Assembly (NCBI RefSeq): GCF_009914755.1 | Contig: NC_060940.1 | Direction: 5' to 3' (one strand) | Source: the human T2T-CHM13v2.0 reference genome, Homo sapiens | DNA length: 64,000 nucleotides | Shown: piece after piece, positions 1 to 15,100 of the stretch | Numbering within the stretch: position 1 is the first letter of the stretch | Layout: the number at the start of each line of letters is the position of its first letter | Notes under the pieces: generated by a model | Told to the model about the DNA's origin: nothing | The model's database searches: none | The model's input: only the letters and a program-made list of their open reading frames with translations | Program-made: the position numbers and the translations under genes

Positions 1-15
1 CATGATGATTCTATT

Positions 16-26
16 TGATTCAATTA
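16..26 (-). promoter_or_regulatory. Candidate DUX4 binding motif TAATTGAATCA (one per unit; also at 6046, 12158, 18270, 24382, 28732, 33033, 39119, 45205, 51317, 57429)
   Basis: The + strand reads TGATTCAATTA, whose reverse complement fits the DUX4 consensus TAAYBBAATCA. DUX4 is known to bind and activate HSATII. Occupancy at this locus is not shown by the sequence. Confidence 0.6.
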
Positions 27-3000
27 GATGATGTTTCCATTCGAATCCATTCCATGATTATTCCATTGGAATCCATTCGGCGATGATTCCATATGAGTCA
101 ATTCAATGATGATTCCATATGGGTCCGTTCGATGATAATTCCATTTGATTTCATTCGATGCTTCTATTCTATTCCAGTCGATGATGATTCCGTTGGAGTC
201 CATACGATGATTCCATTTGATTTCATTTGATGATGATTCCATTCGATGATGATTACATTGGATTCCATTCTATGATTCCATTCAATTCCATTCGTTGATG
301 ATTCGATTCCATTCAATGATGATTCCATTTGAGTTCATTCGATGATTCTACTCGATTCCGTTCGATGGTGATTCAATTCTATTATATTGGATGATTCCAC
401 TCGATTCCATTTGATGATTATTGCATTGGAGTCCATTTAGTGAATCCTTTAGATTCTATTCGACGATGATTCCATTCGAGTCCATTCGATGATACCATTC
501 AATTCCATTCGTTGATGCTTCCATTCAAGTGCATTCGATGATATCATTCGATTCCATTTGATGATAATTCCATTTGATTCCATGCGATGATTCTATTCGA
601 TTCCATTCAATGATAATTCCATTCAATTCAGTGATTCCTCTGGACTCCATTTGATGATGATTCCATTCAATGATTCCATTCGATTCTATTCGAAAATGAT
701 TCCATTTGAATCCATTTGATGATGATTCCATTAGATTCCATTTGATGATTCCATTCGATTCCATTCGACGATGATTCCATTCGATTCCGTTTGATGATTC
801 CATTCTATTCTATTCGATGATGATTCCATTCGATTCCATTCGATGATGATTGGATTCGATTCCATTTGATGATTTCATTTGATTCCATTCGTTAATGATT
901 TCGATCAATTCCATTCGATGATTCCATTCGATAATGATTACATCCGAGTCCATTCGATGATTCCCTTTGAGCCTGTTCGATAATTCCATTTGAGTCCAAC
1001 CAATGATTCCATTCATTTCCATTCAATGATTCCATTCGAGTCCATTTGATCATTCCGGTAGGGTCCATTCGATGTTGATTCCATTGGAGTGCATTCGATG
1101 ATTCCATTCGAGTCCATTTTAGGATTTGATTCGAGTCCTTTCGATGATTCCATTCGATTCCACTCGATGATGATTTCATTCGAGTCCATTCGACACTTCC
1201 AATCGATTCCATTTGATGATTCCATTCGAGTCCAATTGATGATTCCATTCAATTCCATTCGATGATGATTCCGTACGATTCCATTCTGTGATGATTCCAT
1301 GTGATTGCATTCAATGATGATTCCTTTAGATTGCATTCGATTATGATTCATTTCGTGTTCATTCTATGGTTCCACAGGTTTCCATTCGTGTCCATTCCAT
1401 TATTCCATTCTATTCCATTTGATGATGATTCCATTCGATTCCATTCATTGGTGATTCCACTCAATTCCATTCAATGATTCCATTCCATTTCTTTCAACAA
1501 TGATTCCATTAGTTTCTAATCGATGATCCACTTGATTCCATTTGACGACGATTCCATTCTTGTCCATTTGATGATTCCATTTGATTCCATATGATGATGA
1601 TTCCATTCGATTCCATACCATGATGATTCCATTCGAGTCCATTCAATGGTGATTCCATTCAATTCCATTCGATGATTCCTTTCGATTCCATTCAATGATG
1701 ATGGCATTCGATTCCTTTTAATCATTCCCTTTGATTCCATTCAAAGGTGATTTCATTCAAGTCCATTCGATAATTGCATTCGATTCCATTCTATGATGAT
1801 TCCATTCGAGTCCATTTGATGATTCCATTCAATTCAAGTCAATGATGATTCCATTCAATTCCATTCGATGATTCCATTGGATTCCATTCGATGATGATTC
1901 CATTCAAATCCATTCGATAATTCAATTCAAGTCCATTCGATGATGATTCCAATCGAATCCATTCAAAGATTCCATTCTGTTCCATTCGATGATTCCCTTA
2001 GATTCCATTCGATGATTCCACTTGATTGCATTTACGATGATTCCATTCGATTCCATGTGATGATTCCATTCAATTCTATTCAATGATGTCTCCATTTGAT
2101 TCCATTCGACCATGATTGCCTTTGATTCCATTCAATGATTCCATTCGGTTCCGTTTGATGATGATTCCGTTCGATTCCATTTGATGATTCCATTTGATTC
2201 CATTGGATGAGTCCATTCGATTACATTCGATGATTATTCCATTCGAGTGCATTAGATGATTCCATTCGAGTCCATTCGATGATTCCATTCGATTCCATTC
2301 GATGTTGATTCTGTTCAAATCCATTCGATGATTCCACTCGATTCCATTCGTTGACTCCATTTGATCCCATTCGATGATTTCCTTTGATTCCCTTTGATGA
2401 TCATTCCATTTGATTCAATTCGGTGATTTCATTTGATTCCATTCAGTGATGTTTCCATTCGACTCCATTCGATGATGATTCCATTCGACTCCATTCGATT
2501 ATGATTTCATTCAATTCCATTCGATAATGATTCCCTTCGAGTCCATTCGGTGATTCCATTCGATTCCATTCAACTATGATTTGATTCGTGTCCATTCGAT
2601 GATTCCATTTGATTCCACTTGATGATGATTCCATTCGAGTCCATTTGATGATTCCATTCAATTCCATACTCCGATGATTTCTTTTGAGCCCACTCAATGC
2701 TTCCACTCGATTCCATATGATGATGACTCCATTCGATGAAATTCGATGATGATTCCATTCGCTTGCTTTCGATGATGATTCCACTTGAGTCCGTTAGAAG
2801 ATTCTATTCAATTACATTCCATGACGATTCCGTTCGAGTCCATTTGATGATTCCATTAGACTCCATTCGACGATGATTCCATTCGATGTTATTCGATGAT
2901 TCCATTCGATCTCATTCGATGATGATTCCATTCAACTCCATTCGATGTTTCCATTCGAGTTCATTCTATTATTCCATTAGATTCCATTCGATGATGATTC

Positions 3001-5665
3001 CATTCGATTCCATTTGATGATTGCATTCTATTTCATTTGATGATGATTCCATTCGAGTCCACTCGATGATTCCATTCGAGTCCATTTAATGAATCCATTG
3101 GTTTCAATTCTATGATGATTACATTGGATTCCATTCGTTGATGATTTCATTCGGTTCCATTCAATGATGATTCCATTCAATTCCTTTCAATGTTTCCATT
3201 CAATTCCATACGATGATGATTCCATTTGATTTGATTCGACAGTGAGCCATTCGATTCAATTCCATGATGATTCTATTTGATTCAATTGGTTGACATTTCC
3301 ATTCGATTCCATTCGATGATGATTCCCTTTGATTCCGTTCAAAGATGATTCCATTCTAGCCCATTCAATCATTCCATTCGATTCTATTCAATGATGATTC
3401 CATTCATGTCGATTTGGTGATTCCATTTGACTTCATTTGATGATGATTCCTTTCAAGTTCATTAGATGATTCCATTCGATTCCATTTGATGATGATCCCA
3501 TTCGAGTCCATTCAGTGATTCCATTCGTTTCCATTCCATGATGATTCCATTCCTTTCCATTCAATGATTCCATTCGATTCCGTTTGATGATGATTTCATT
3601 CGAGTCCATTTGATGATTCCATTTGATTCCATTCGATGATGATTCCATTCGAGTCCATTCGATGATTCTATTCGAATCCATTTGATGATTTCTTTTGATT
3701 ATATTTGGTGATGATTCCATTGGAGTCCATTCAATGATTCCATTCTATTCCAATCGATGATGATTCCATTAGAGTCCATTTAATGATTCCATTTGATTCC
3801 AGTCTCTGATGATTACATTCGAGTCCATACGATGATTCCACTCAATTCCATATGATGATGATTCCATTTGATTCCATTCGGTGATTCCATTCTATTCTAT
3901 TCAATGGTGATTCCATTCGAGTACATTAGATGATTCCATTCGATTCCATTCAATGATGATTCTATTTGTGTCCCTTAGATGATTCCACATGATTCCATTA
4001 CATGATGATACTATTTGAGCCCATCCAATGATTCCCTTCGATTCCATTCGATGAGGATTCCATTCGATTCAATTCATTGGTGATTCTATTCAATTCAATT
4101 CTTTGATTCCATTCCATTCCATTCGACAATGATTCCATTCGATTTCTTTCGATGATTCCACTCGATTCCACTTGACATTGATTCCATTCGATTCCATTCA
4201 ATGATTCCATTTGATTCCAGTGGATGATGATTGCCATCGATTCCATTCGATCACTCCATTCTATTCCATTTGATGATGATTACATTCGATTCCATTTGAT
4301 GATTCCATCTGATTCTATTCGAGGATTCCATTTGATTCCATTCGATGATGATTCCATTCGAGTCCATTCGATGATTTCATTCGAGTACATCCAATGATTC
4401 CATTCGAGTCCATTAGATGATTCCATTTGATTCCATTTGAAAATGATTCTACTAGAGTCCATTCAATGACTCCATTCGAGTCCATTCAACAATTCCATTC
4501 GACTCCATTCGATGATTCCATTCGATTCCATTTGATGGTTCCATTCGAGTCCATTTAATCATTACAGTCGAGTCCATTTGTTGATTCCACTGGATTTCTT
4601 TTGATAATGATACCATTCAATTACATTTGATGATGATCCCATTCAATTTCATTTGATGATGATTCCATTAGAGTCCATTCGATGATTTCATTCGAGTCCC
4701 TTCATTGATTCCATCCGATTTCATTGGATGATGACTCCATTCGAGTCCATTCGATGATTCCACTCGATTCCATTAGATGACTCCATTGGAGTCCATTTGA
4801 TTGTTCCATTCGATTCCATTCGATTCCTTTCGAAGATTATTCCATTTGAGTCCATTCGATGATGATTCCATTCCATTCCATTCGATGATTCCGTTTGATT
4901 CCATTCGATGATTCCCTTCGATTCCTTTCTTTGATGATTCCATTCCATTCCATTCAATGATTCCATTCGAATCTATTCCATGATGATTCCTTTCGATTCC
5001 ATTCGCTGATGTTTCCGTTCAATTCCATTCGATGATGATTCCATTCGATTCCATTCATTGAGGATTCCATTTGATTCCATTCAATGATGATTCCATTCTA
5101 TTCCATTCAATGATTGCATTCAATTCCATTCAATGATTATCCCATTAGAGTAAACTCAACGATTCCATTCAATACCATTCAATGATGATTCCTTTTGAGT
5201 CCATTCAATGATTTCATTCAAGTCCATTTGATGATTCCTTTCAATTCCATTCTATGATGATTCCATTCGAGTCCATTCGATGATTCCATTAGAGTACATT
5301 TAATGATTGCTTTGTTTTCAATTCGAAGATGATTGCATTGGATTCCATTCTATGATACCATTCGATTCCATTCAATGATGATTCCACTCAAATCCATTGG
5401 ATGATTCCATTCGTGTCCATTCGGTGATTTCATTAGATTCCATTCGAGGATGATTCCATTCGATTCCATTCGATGATTCCATTCAATTCCATTCGATGAT
5501 GATTCCATTCCAGTCCATATGATCATTCCATTTGATTTCATTCGATGATGATTCCATTCGATTCCATTCGACGATTCCATTCTATTCCATTCGATGATGA
5601 TTCCATTCGAGTCCATTCGATCAATCCATTCGAGTCCATTTAATGATTCCATTGGGTTCAATTCA

Positions 5666-5835
5666 ATGATGATTACATTGGATTCCGTTCTATGATTCCA
5701 TTCAATTCCGTTCATTGACAATTTGATTCCATTCGATGATGATTCCATTTGAGTTCATTCGATGATTCTATTCGATTCTCTTCGATGGTGATTCAATTCT
5801 ATTATATTGGATGATTCCATTCGATTCCATTTGAT
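5666..5835 (+). repeat. Internal ~165-bp sub-repeat of the unit; paralog lies 610 bp downstream (about 6276-6445, equivalent to about 246-415)
   Basis: Shared diagnostic string GATTACATTGGATTCC...TTTGAGTTCATTCG...GATGGTGATTCAATTCTATTATATTGGATG. GATTACATTG occurs at 5671 and 6281. Confidence 0.85.
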
Positions 5836-6030
5836 GTTGATTCAATTCGATTCTATTCGATGATGATTCCATTGGATTTCACTTGATGATTCTATTCGAT
5901 TCCATTCAATGATGATTCACTTCTCGTCCATTGGATGATTCCATTTCATTCCATTCGATGATGATTCCATTCGATTCCATTCGATGATTCCATTTGATTC
6001 CATGTGACGGTGAGCAATTCGATTCAATTC

Positions 6031-9000
6031 CATGATGATTCTATTTGATTCAATTAGATGATGTTTCCATTCGAATCCATTCCATGATTATTCCATTGGA
6101 ATCCATTCGGCGATGATTCCATATGAGTCAATTCAATGATGATTCCATATGGGTCCGTTCGATGATAATTCCATTTGATTTCATTCGATGCTTCTATTCT
6201 ATTCCAGTCGATGATGATTCCGTTGGAGTCCATACGATGATTCCATTTGATTTCATTTGATGATGATTCCATTCGATGATGATTACATTGGATTCCATTC
6301 TATGATTCCATTCAATTCCATTCGTTGATGATTCGATTCCCTTCAATGATGATTCCACTTGAGTTCATTCGATGATTCTATTCGATTCCGTTCGATGGAG
6401 ATTCAATTCTCTTATATTGGATGATTCCACTCGATTCCATTTGATGATTATTCCATTGGAGTCCACTTAGTGAATCCTTTAGATTCTACTCGAAGATGAT
6501 TCCATTCGAGTCCATTCGATGATACCATTCAATTCCATTCGTTGATGCTTCCATTCAAGTGCATTCGATGATATCATTCGATTCCATTTGATGATAATTC
6601 CATTTGATTCCATGCGATGATTCTATTCGATTCCATTCAATGATAATTCCATTCAATTCAGTGATTCCTCTGGACTCCATTTGATGATGATTCCATTCAA
6701 TGATTCCATTCGATTCTATTCGAAAATGATTCCATTTGAATCCATTTGATGATGATTCCATTAGATTCCATTTGATGATTCCATTCGATTCCATTCGACG
6801 ATGATTCCATTCGATTCCGTTTGATGATTCCATTCTATTCTATTCGATGATGATTCCATTCGATTCCATTCGATGATGATTGGATTCGATTCCATTTGAT
6901 GATTTCATTTGATTCCATTCGTTAATGATTTCGATCAATTCCATTCGATGATTCCATTCGATTCCATTCGATAATGATTACATCCGAGTCCATTCGATGA
7001 TTCCATTTGAGCCTGTTCGATAATTCCATTTGAGTCCAACCAATGATTCCATTCATTTCCATTCAATGATTCCATTCGAGTCCATTTGATCATTCCGGTT
7101 GGGTCCATTCGATGTTGATTCCATTGGAGTGCATTCGATGATTCCATTCGAGTCCATTTTAGGATTTGATTCGAGTCCTTTCGATGATTCCATTCGATTC
7201 CACTCGATGATGATTTCATTCGAGTCCATTCGACACTTCCAATCGATTCCATTTGATGATTCCATTCGAGTCCAATTGATGATTCCATTCAATTCCATTC
7301 GATGATGATTCCGTACGATTCCATTCTGTGATGATTCCTTGTGATTGCATTCAATGATGATTCCTTTCGATTGCATTCGATTATGATTCATTTCGTGTTC
7401 ATTCTATGGTTCCACAGGTTTCCATTCGTGTCCATTCCATTATTCCATTCTATTCCATTTGATGATGATTCCATTCGATTCCATTCATTGGTGATTCCAC
7501 TCAATTCCATTCAATGATTCCATTCCATTTCTTTCAACAATGATTCCATTAGTTTCTAATCGATGATCCACTTGATTCCATTTGACGACGATTCCATTCT
7601 TGTCCATTCGATGATTCCATTTGATTCCATATGATGATGATTCCATTCGATTCCATACCATGATGATTCCATTCGAGTCCATTCAATGGTGATTCCATTC
7701 AATTCCATTCGATGATTCCTTTTGATTCCATTCGATGATGATGGCATTCGATTCCTTTCAATCATTCCCTTTGATTCCATTCAAAGGTGATTTCATTCAA
7801 GTCCATTCGATAATTGCATTCGATTCCATTCTATGATGATTCCATTCGAGTCCATTTGATGATTCCATTCAATTCAAGTCAATGATGATTCCATTCGATT
7901 CCATTCGATGATTCCATTGGATTCCATTCGATGATGATTCCATTCAAATCCATTCGATAATTCAATTCAAGTCCATTCGATGATGATTCCAATCGAATCC
8001 ATTCAAAGATTCCATTCAGTTCCATTCGATGATTCCCTTAGATTCCATTCGATGATTCCACTTGATTGCATTTACGATGATTCCATTCGATTCCATGTGA
8101 TGATTCCATTCAATTCTATTCAATGATGTCTCCATTTGATTCCATTCGACCATGATTGCCTTTGATTCCATTCAATGATTCCATTCGGTTCCGTTTGATG
8201 ATGATTCCGTTCGATTCCATTTGATGATTCCATTTGATTCCATTGGATGAGTCCATTCGATTACATTCGATGATTATTCCATTCGAGTGCATTAGATGAT
8301 TCCATTCGAGTCCATTCGATGATTCCATTCGATTCCATTCGATGTTGATTCTGTTCAAATCCATTCGATGATTCCACTCGATTCCATTCGTTGACTCCAT
8401 TTGATCCCATTCGATGATTTCCTTTGATTCCCTTTGATGATCATTCCATTTGATTCAATTCGGTGATTTCATTTGATTCCATTCAGTGATGTTTCCATTC
8501 GACTCCATTCGATGATGATTCCATTCGACTCCATTCGATTATGATTTCATTCAATTCCATTCGATAATGATTCCCTTCGAGTCCATTCGATGATTCCATT
8601 CGATTCCATTCAACGATGATTTGATTCGTGTCCATTCGATGATTCCATTTGATTCCACTTGATGATGATTCCATTCGAGTCCATTTGATGATTCCATTCA
8701 ATTCCATACTCCGATGATTTCTTTTGAGCCCACTCAATGCTTCCACTCGATTCCATATGATGATGACTCCATTCGATGAAATTCGATGATGATTCCATTC
8801 GCTTGCTTTCGATGATGATTCCACTTGAGTCCGTTAGAAGATTCTATTCAATTACATTCCATGACGATTCCGTTCGAGTCCATTTGATGATTCCATTAGA
8901 CTCCATTCGACGATGATTCCATTCGATGTTATTCGATGATTCCATTCGATCTCATTCGATGATGATTCCATTCAACTCCATTCGATGTTTCCATTCGAGT

Positions 9001-12000
9001 TCATTCTATTATTCCATTAGATTCAATTCGATGATGATTCCATTCGATTCCATTTGATGATTGCATTCTATTTCATTTGATGATGATTCCATTCGAGTCC
9101 ACTCGATGATTCCATTCGAGTCCATTTAATGAATCCATTGGTTTCAATTCTATGATGATTACATTGGATTCCATTCGTTGATGATTTCATTCGGTTCCAT
9201 TCAATGATGATTCCATTCAATTCCTTTCAATGTTTCCATTCAATTCCATACGATGATGATTCCATTTGATTTGATTCGACAGTGAGCCATTCGATTCAAT
9301 TCCATGATGATTCTATTTGATTCAATTGGTTGACATTTCCATTCGATTCCATTCGATGATGATTCCCTTTGATTCCGTTCAACGATGATTCCATTCTAGC
9401 CCATTCAATCATTCCATTCGATTCTATTCAATGATGATTCCATTCATGTCGATTTGGTGATTCCATTTGACTTCATTTGATGATGATTCCTTTCAAGTTC
9501 ATTAGATGATTCCATTCGATTCCATTTGATGATGATCCCATTCGAGTCCATTCAGTGATTCCATTCGTTTCCATTCCATGATGATTCCATTCCTTTCCAT
9601 TCAATGATTCCATTCGATTCCGTTTGATGATGATTTCATTCGAGTCCATTTGATGATTCCATTTGATTCCATTCGATGATGATTCCATTCGAGTCCATTC
9701 GATGATTCTATTCGAATCCATTTGATGATTTCTTTTGATTATATTTGGTGATGATTCCATTGGAGTCCATTCAATGATTCCATTCTATTCCAATCGATGA
9801 TGATTCCATTAGAGTCCATTTAATGATTCCATTTGATTCCAGTCTCTGATGATTACATTCGAGTCCATACGATGATTCCACTCAATTCCATATGATGATG
9901 ATTCCATTTGATTCCATTCGGTGATTCCATTCTATTCTATTCAATGGTGATTCCATTCGAGTACATTAGATGATTCCATTCGATTCCATTCAATGATGAT
10001 TCTATTTGTGTCCCTTAGATGATTCCACATGATTCCATTACATGATGATACTATTTGAGCCCATCCAATGATTCCCTTCGATTCCATTCGATGAGGATTC
10101 CATTCGATTCAATTCATTGGTGATTCTATTCAATTCAATTCTTTGATTCCATTCCATTCCATTCGACAATGATTCCATTCGATTTCTTTCGATGATTCCA
10201 CTTGATTCCACTTGACATTGATTCCATTCGATTCCATTCAATGATTCCATTTGATTCCAGTGGATGATGATTGCCATCGATTCCATTCGATCACTCCATT
10301 CTATTCCATTTGATGATGATTACATTCGATTCCATTTGATGATTCCATCTGATTCTATTCGAGGATTCCATTTGATTCCATTCGATGATGATTCCATTCG
10401 AGTCCATTCGATGATTTCATTCCAGTACATCCAATGATTCCATTCGAGTCCATTAGATGATTCCATTTGATTCCATTTGAAAATGATTCTACTAGAGTCC
10501 ATTCAATGACTCCATTCGAGTCCATTCAACAATTCCATTCGACTCCATTCGATGATTCCATTCGATTCCATTTGATGGTTCCATTCGAGTCCATTTAATC
10601 ATTACAGTCGAGTCCATTTGGTGATTCCACTGGATTTCTTTTGATAATGATACCATTCAATTACATTTGATGATGATCCCATTCAATTTCATTTGATGAT
10701 GATTCCATTAGAGTCCATTCGATGATTTCATTCGAGTCCCTTCATTGATTCCATCCGATTTCATTGGATGATGACTCCATTCGAGTCCATTCGATGTTTC
10801 CACTCGATTCCATTAGATGACTCCATTGGAGTCCATTTGATTGTTCCATTCGATTCCATTCGATTCCTTTCAAAGATTATTCCATTTGAGTCCATTCGAT
10901 GATGATTCCATTCCATTCCATTCGATGATTCCGTTTGATTCCATTCGATGATTCCCTTCGATTCCTTTCTTTGATGATTCCATTCCATTCCATTCAATGA
11001 TTCCATTCGAATCTATTCCATGATGATTCCTTTCGATTCCATTCGCTGATGTTTCCGTTCAATTCCATTCGATGATGATTCCATTCGATTCCATTCATTG
11101 AGGATTCCATTTGATTCCATTCAATGATGATTCCATTCTATTCCATTCAATGATTGCATTCAATTCCATTCAATGATTATCCCATTAGAGTAAACTCAAC
11201 GATTCCATTCAATACCATTCGATGATGATTCCTTTTGAGTCCATTCAATGATTTCATTCAAGTCCATTTGATGATTCCTTTCAATTCCATTCTATGATGA
11301 TTCCATTCGAGTCCATTCGATGATTCCATTCGATTGCATTCGATGATTCCATTATATTCCATTCAACGGTGATTCCATTCGAGTCCATTCCATGATTCCA
11401 TTAGAGTACATTTAATGATTGCTTTGTTTCCAATTCCAAGATGATTACATTGGATTCCATTCTATGATACCATTCGATTCCATTCAATGATGATTCCACT
11501 CAAATCCATTGGATGATTCCATTCGTGTCCATTCGGTGATTTCATTAGATTCCATTCGAGGATGATTCCATTCGATTCCATTCGATGATTCCATTCAATT
11601 CCATTCGATGATGATTCCATTCCAGTCCATATGATCATTCCATTTGATTTCATTCGATGATGATTCCATTCGATTCGATTCGACGATTCCATTCTATTCC
11701 ATTCGATGATGATTCCATTCGAGTCCATTCGATCATTCCATTCGAGTCCATTTAATGATTCCATTGGGTTCAATTCAATGATGATTACATTGGATTCCGT
11801 TCTATGATTCCATTCAATTCCGTTCATTGACAATTTGATTCCATTCGATGATGATTCCATTTGAGTTCATTCGATGATTCTATTCGATTCTCTTCGATGG
11901 TGATTCAATTCTATTATATTGGATGATTCCATTCGATTCCATTTGATGTTGATTCAATTCGATTCTATTCGATGATGATTCCATTGGATTTCACTTGATG

Positions 12001-12142
12001 ATTCTATTCGATTCCATTCAATGATGATTCACTTCTCGTCCATTGGATGATTCCATTTCATTCCATTCGATGATGATTCCATTCGATTCCATTCGATGAT
12101 TCCATTTGATTCCATGCGACGGTGAGCAATTCGATTCAATTC
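6031..12142 (+). repeat. Higher-order unit 2 (6112 bp)
   Basis: Landmark recurs at 6031 and 12143. Confidence 0.95.
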
Positions 12143-15100
12143 CATGATGATTCTATTTGATTCAATTAGATGATGTTTCCATTCGAATCCATTCCATGAT
12201 TATTCCATTGGAATCCATTTGGCGATGATTCCATATGAGTCAATTCAATGATGATTCCATATGGGTCCGTTCGATGATAATTCCATTTGATTTCATTCGA
12301 TGCTTCTATTCTATTCCAGTCGATGATGATTCCGTTGGAGTCCATACGATGATTCCATTTGATTTCATTTGATGATGATTCCATTCGATGATGATTACAT
12401 TGGATTCCATTCTATGATTCCATTCAATTCCATTCGTTGATGATTCGATTCCATTCAATGATGATTCCATTTGAGTTCATTCGATGATTCTATTCGATTC
12501 CGTTCGATGGTGATTCAATTCTATTATATTGGATGATTCCACTCGATTCCATTTGATGATTATTCCATTGGAGTCCACTTAGTGAATCCTTTAGATTCTA
12601 CTCGACGATGATTCCATTCGAGTCCATTCGATGATACCATTCAATTCCATTCGTTGATGCTTCCATTCAAGTGCATTCGATGATATCATTCGATTCCATT
12701 TGATGATAATTCCATTTGATTCCATGCGATGATTCTATTCGATTCCATTCAATGATAATTCCATTCAATTCAGTGATTCCTCTGGACTCCATTTGATGAT
12801 GATTCCATTCAATGATTCCATTCGATTCTATTCGAAAATGATTCCATTTGAATCCATTTGATGATGATTCCATTAGATTCCATTTGATGATTCCATTCGA
12901 TTCCATTCGACGATGATTCCATTCGATTCCGTTTGATGATTCCATTCTATTCTATTTGATGATGATTCCATTCGATTCCATTCGATGATGATTGGATTCG
13001 ATTCCATTGGATGATTTCATTTGATTCCATTCGTTAATGATTTCGATCAATTCCATTCGATGATTCCATTCGATTCCATTCGATAATGATTACATCCGAG
13101 TCCATTCGATGATTCCCTTTGAGCCTGTTCGATAATTCCATTTGAGTCCAACCAATGATTCCATTCATTTCCATTCAATGATTCCATTCGAGTCCATTTG
13201 ATCATTCCGGTAGGGTCCATTCGATGTTGATTCCATTGGAGTGCATTCGATGATTCCATTCGAGTCCATTTTAGGATTTGATTCGAGTCCTTTCGATGAT
13301 TCCATTCGATTCCACTCGATGATGATTTCATTCGAGTCCATTCGACACTTCCAATCGATTCCATTTGATGATTCCATTCGAGTCCAATTGATGATTCCAT
13401 TCAATTCCATTCGATGATGATTCCGTACGATTCCATTCTGTGATGATTCCATGTGATTGCATTCAATGATGATTCCTTTCGATTGCATTCGATTATGATT
13501 CATTTCGTGTTCATTCTATGGTTCCACAGGTTTCCATTCGTGTCCATTCCATTATTCCATTCTATTCCATTTGATGATGATTCCATTCGATTCCATTCAT
13601 TGGTGATTCCACTCAATTCCATTCAATGATTCCATTCCATTTCTTTCAACAATGATTCCATTAGTTTCTAATCGATGATCCACTTGATTCCATTTGACGA
13701 CGATTCCATTCTTGTCCATTCGATGATTCCATTTGATTCCATATGATGATGATTCCATTCGATTCCATACCATGATGATTCCATTCGAGTCCATTCAATG
13801 GTGATTCCATTCAATTCCATTCGATGATTCCTTTTGATTCCATTCGATGATGATGGCATTCGATTCCTTTCAATCATTCCCTTTGATTCCATTCAAAGGT
13901 GATTTCATTCAAGTCCATTCGATAATTGCATTCGATTCCATTCTATGATGATTCCATTCGAGTCCATTTGATGATTCCATTCAATTCAAGTCAATGATGA
14001 TTCCATTCGATTCCATTCGATGATTCCATTGGATTCCATTCGATGATGATTCCATTCAAATCCATTCGATAATTCAATTCAAGTCCATTCGATGATGATT
14101 CCAATCGAATCCATTCAAAGATTCCATTCAGTTCCATTCGATGATTCCCTTAGATTCCATTCGATGATTCCACTTGATTGCATTTACGATGATTCCATTC
14201 GATTCCATGTGATGATTCCATTCAATTCTATTCAATGATGTCTCCATTTGATTCCATTCGACCATGATTGCCTTTGATTCCATTCAATGATTCCATTCGG
14301 TTCCGTTTGATGATGATTCCGTTCGATTCCATTTGATGATTCCATTGGATTCCATTGGATGAGTCCATTCGATTACATTCGATGATTATTCCATTCGAGT
14401 GCATTAGATGATTCCATTCGAGTCCATTCGATGATTCCATTCGATTCCATTCGATGTTGATTCTGTTCAAATCCATTCGATGATTCCACTCGATTCCATT
14501 CGTTGACTCCATTTGATCCCATTCGATGATTTCCTTTGATTCCCTTTGATGATCATTCCATTTGATTCAATTCGGTGATTTCATTTGATTCCATTCAGTG
14601 ATGTTTCCATTCGACTCCATTCGATGATGATTCCATTCGACTCCATTCGATTATGATTTCATTCAATTCCATTCGATAATGATTCCCTTCGAGTCCATTC
14701 GATGATTCCATTCGATTCCATTCAACGATGATTTGATTCGTGTCCATTCGATGATTCCATTTGATTCCACTTGATGATGATTCCATTCGAGTCCATTTGA
14801 TGATTCCATTCAATTCCATACTCCGATGATTTCTTTTGAGCCCACTCAATGCTTCCACTCGATTCCATATGATGATGACTCCATTCGATGAAATTCGATG
14901 ATGATTCCATTCGCTTGCTTTCGATGATGATTCCACTTGAGTCCGTTAGAAGATTCTATTCAATTACATTCCATGACGATTCCGTTCGAGTCCATTTGAT
15001 GATTCCATTAGACTCCATTCGACGATGATTCCATTCGATGTTATTCGATGATTCCATTCGATCTCATTCGATGATGATTCCATTCAACTCCATTCGATGT

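Larger units (their letters stand above)
1..6030 (+). repeat. Higher-order unit 1 (6030 bp; 10-bp deletion near 925 and 72-bp deletion near 5290 relative to the 6112-bp unit)
   Basis: Landmark CATGATGATTCTATTTGATTCAATTAGATG at 1 and 6031. Compared with unit 2 it lacks one ATTCCATTCG and the CGATTGCATT...CAACGGTG...CCATT segment. Confidence 0.93.

Noticed and set aside
5671-6281. The 610-bp spacing being about one tenth of 6112, suggesting a 10-mer structure
   Set aside because: Only one such pair was seen, and the other paralogous landmarks are not spaced at multiples of ~611 bp.
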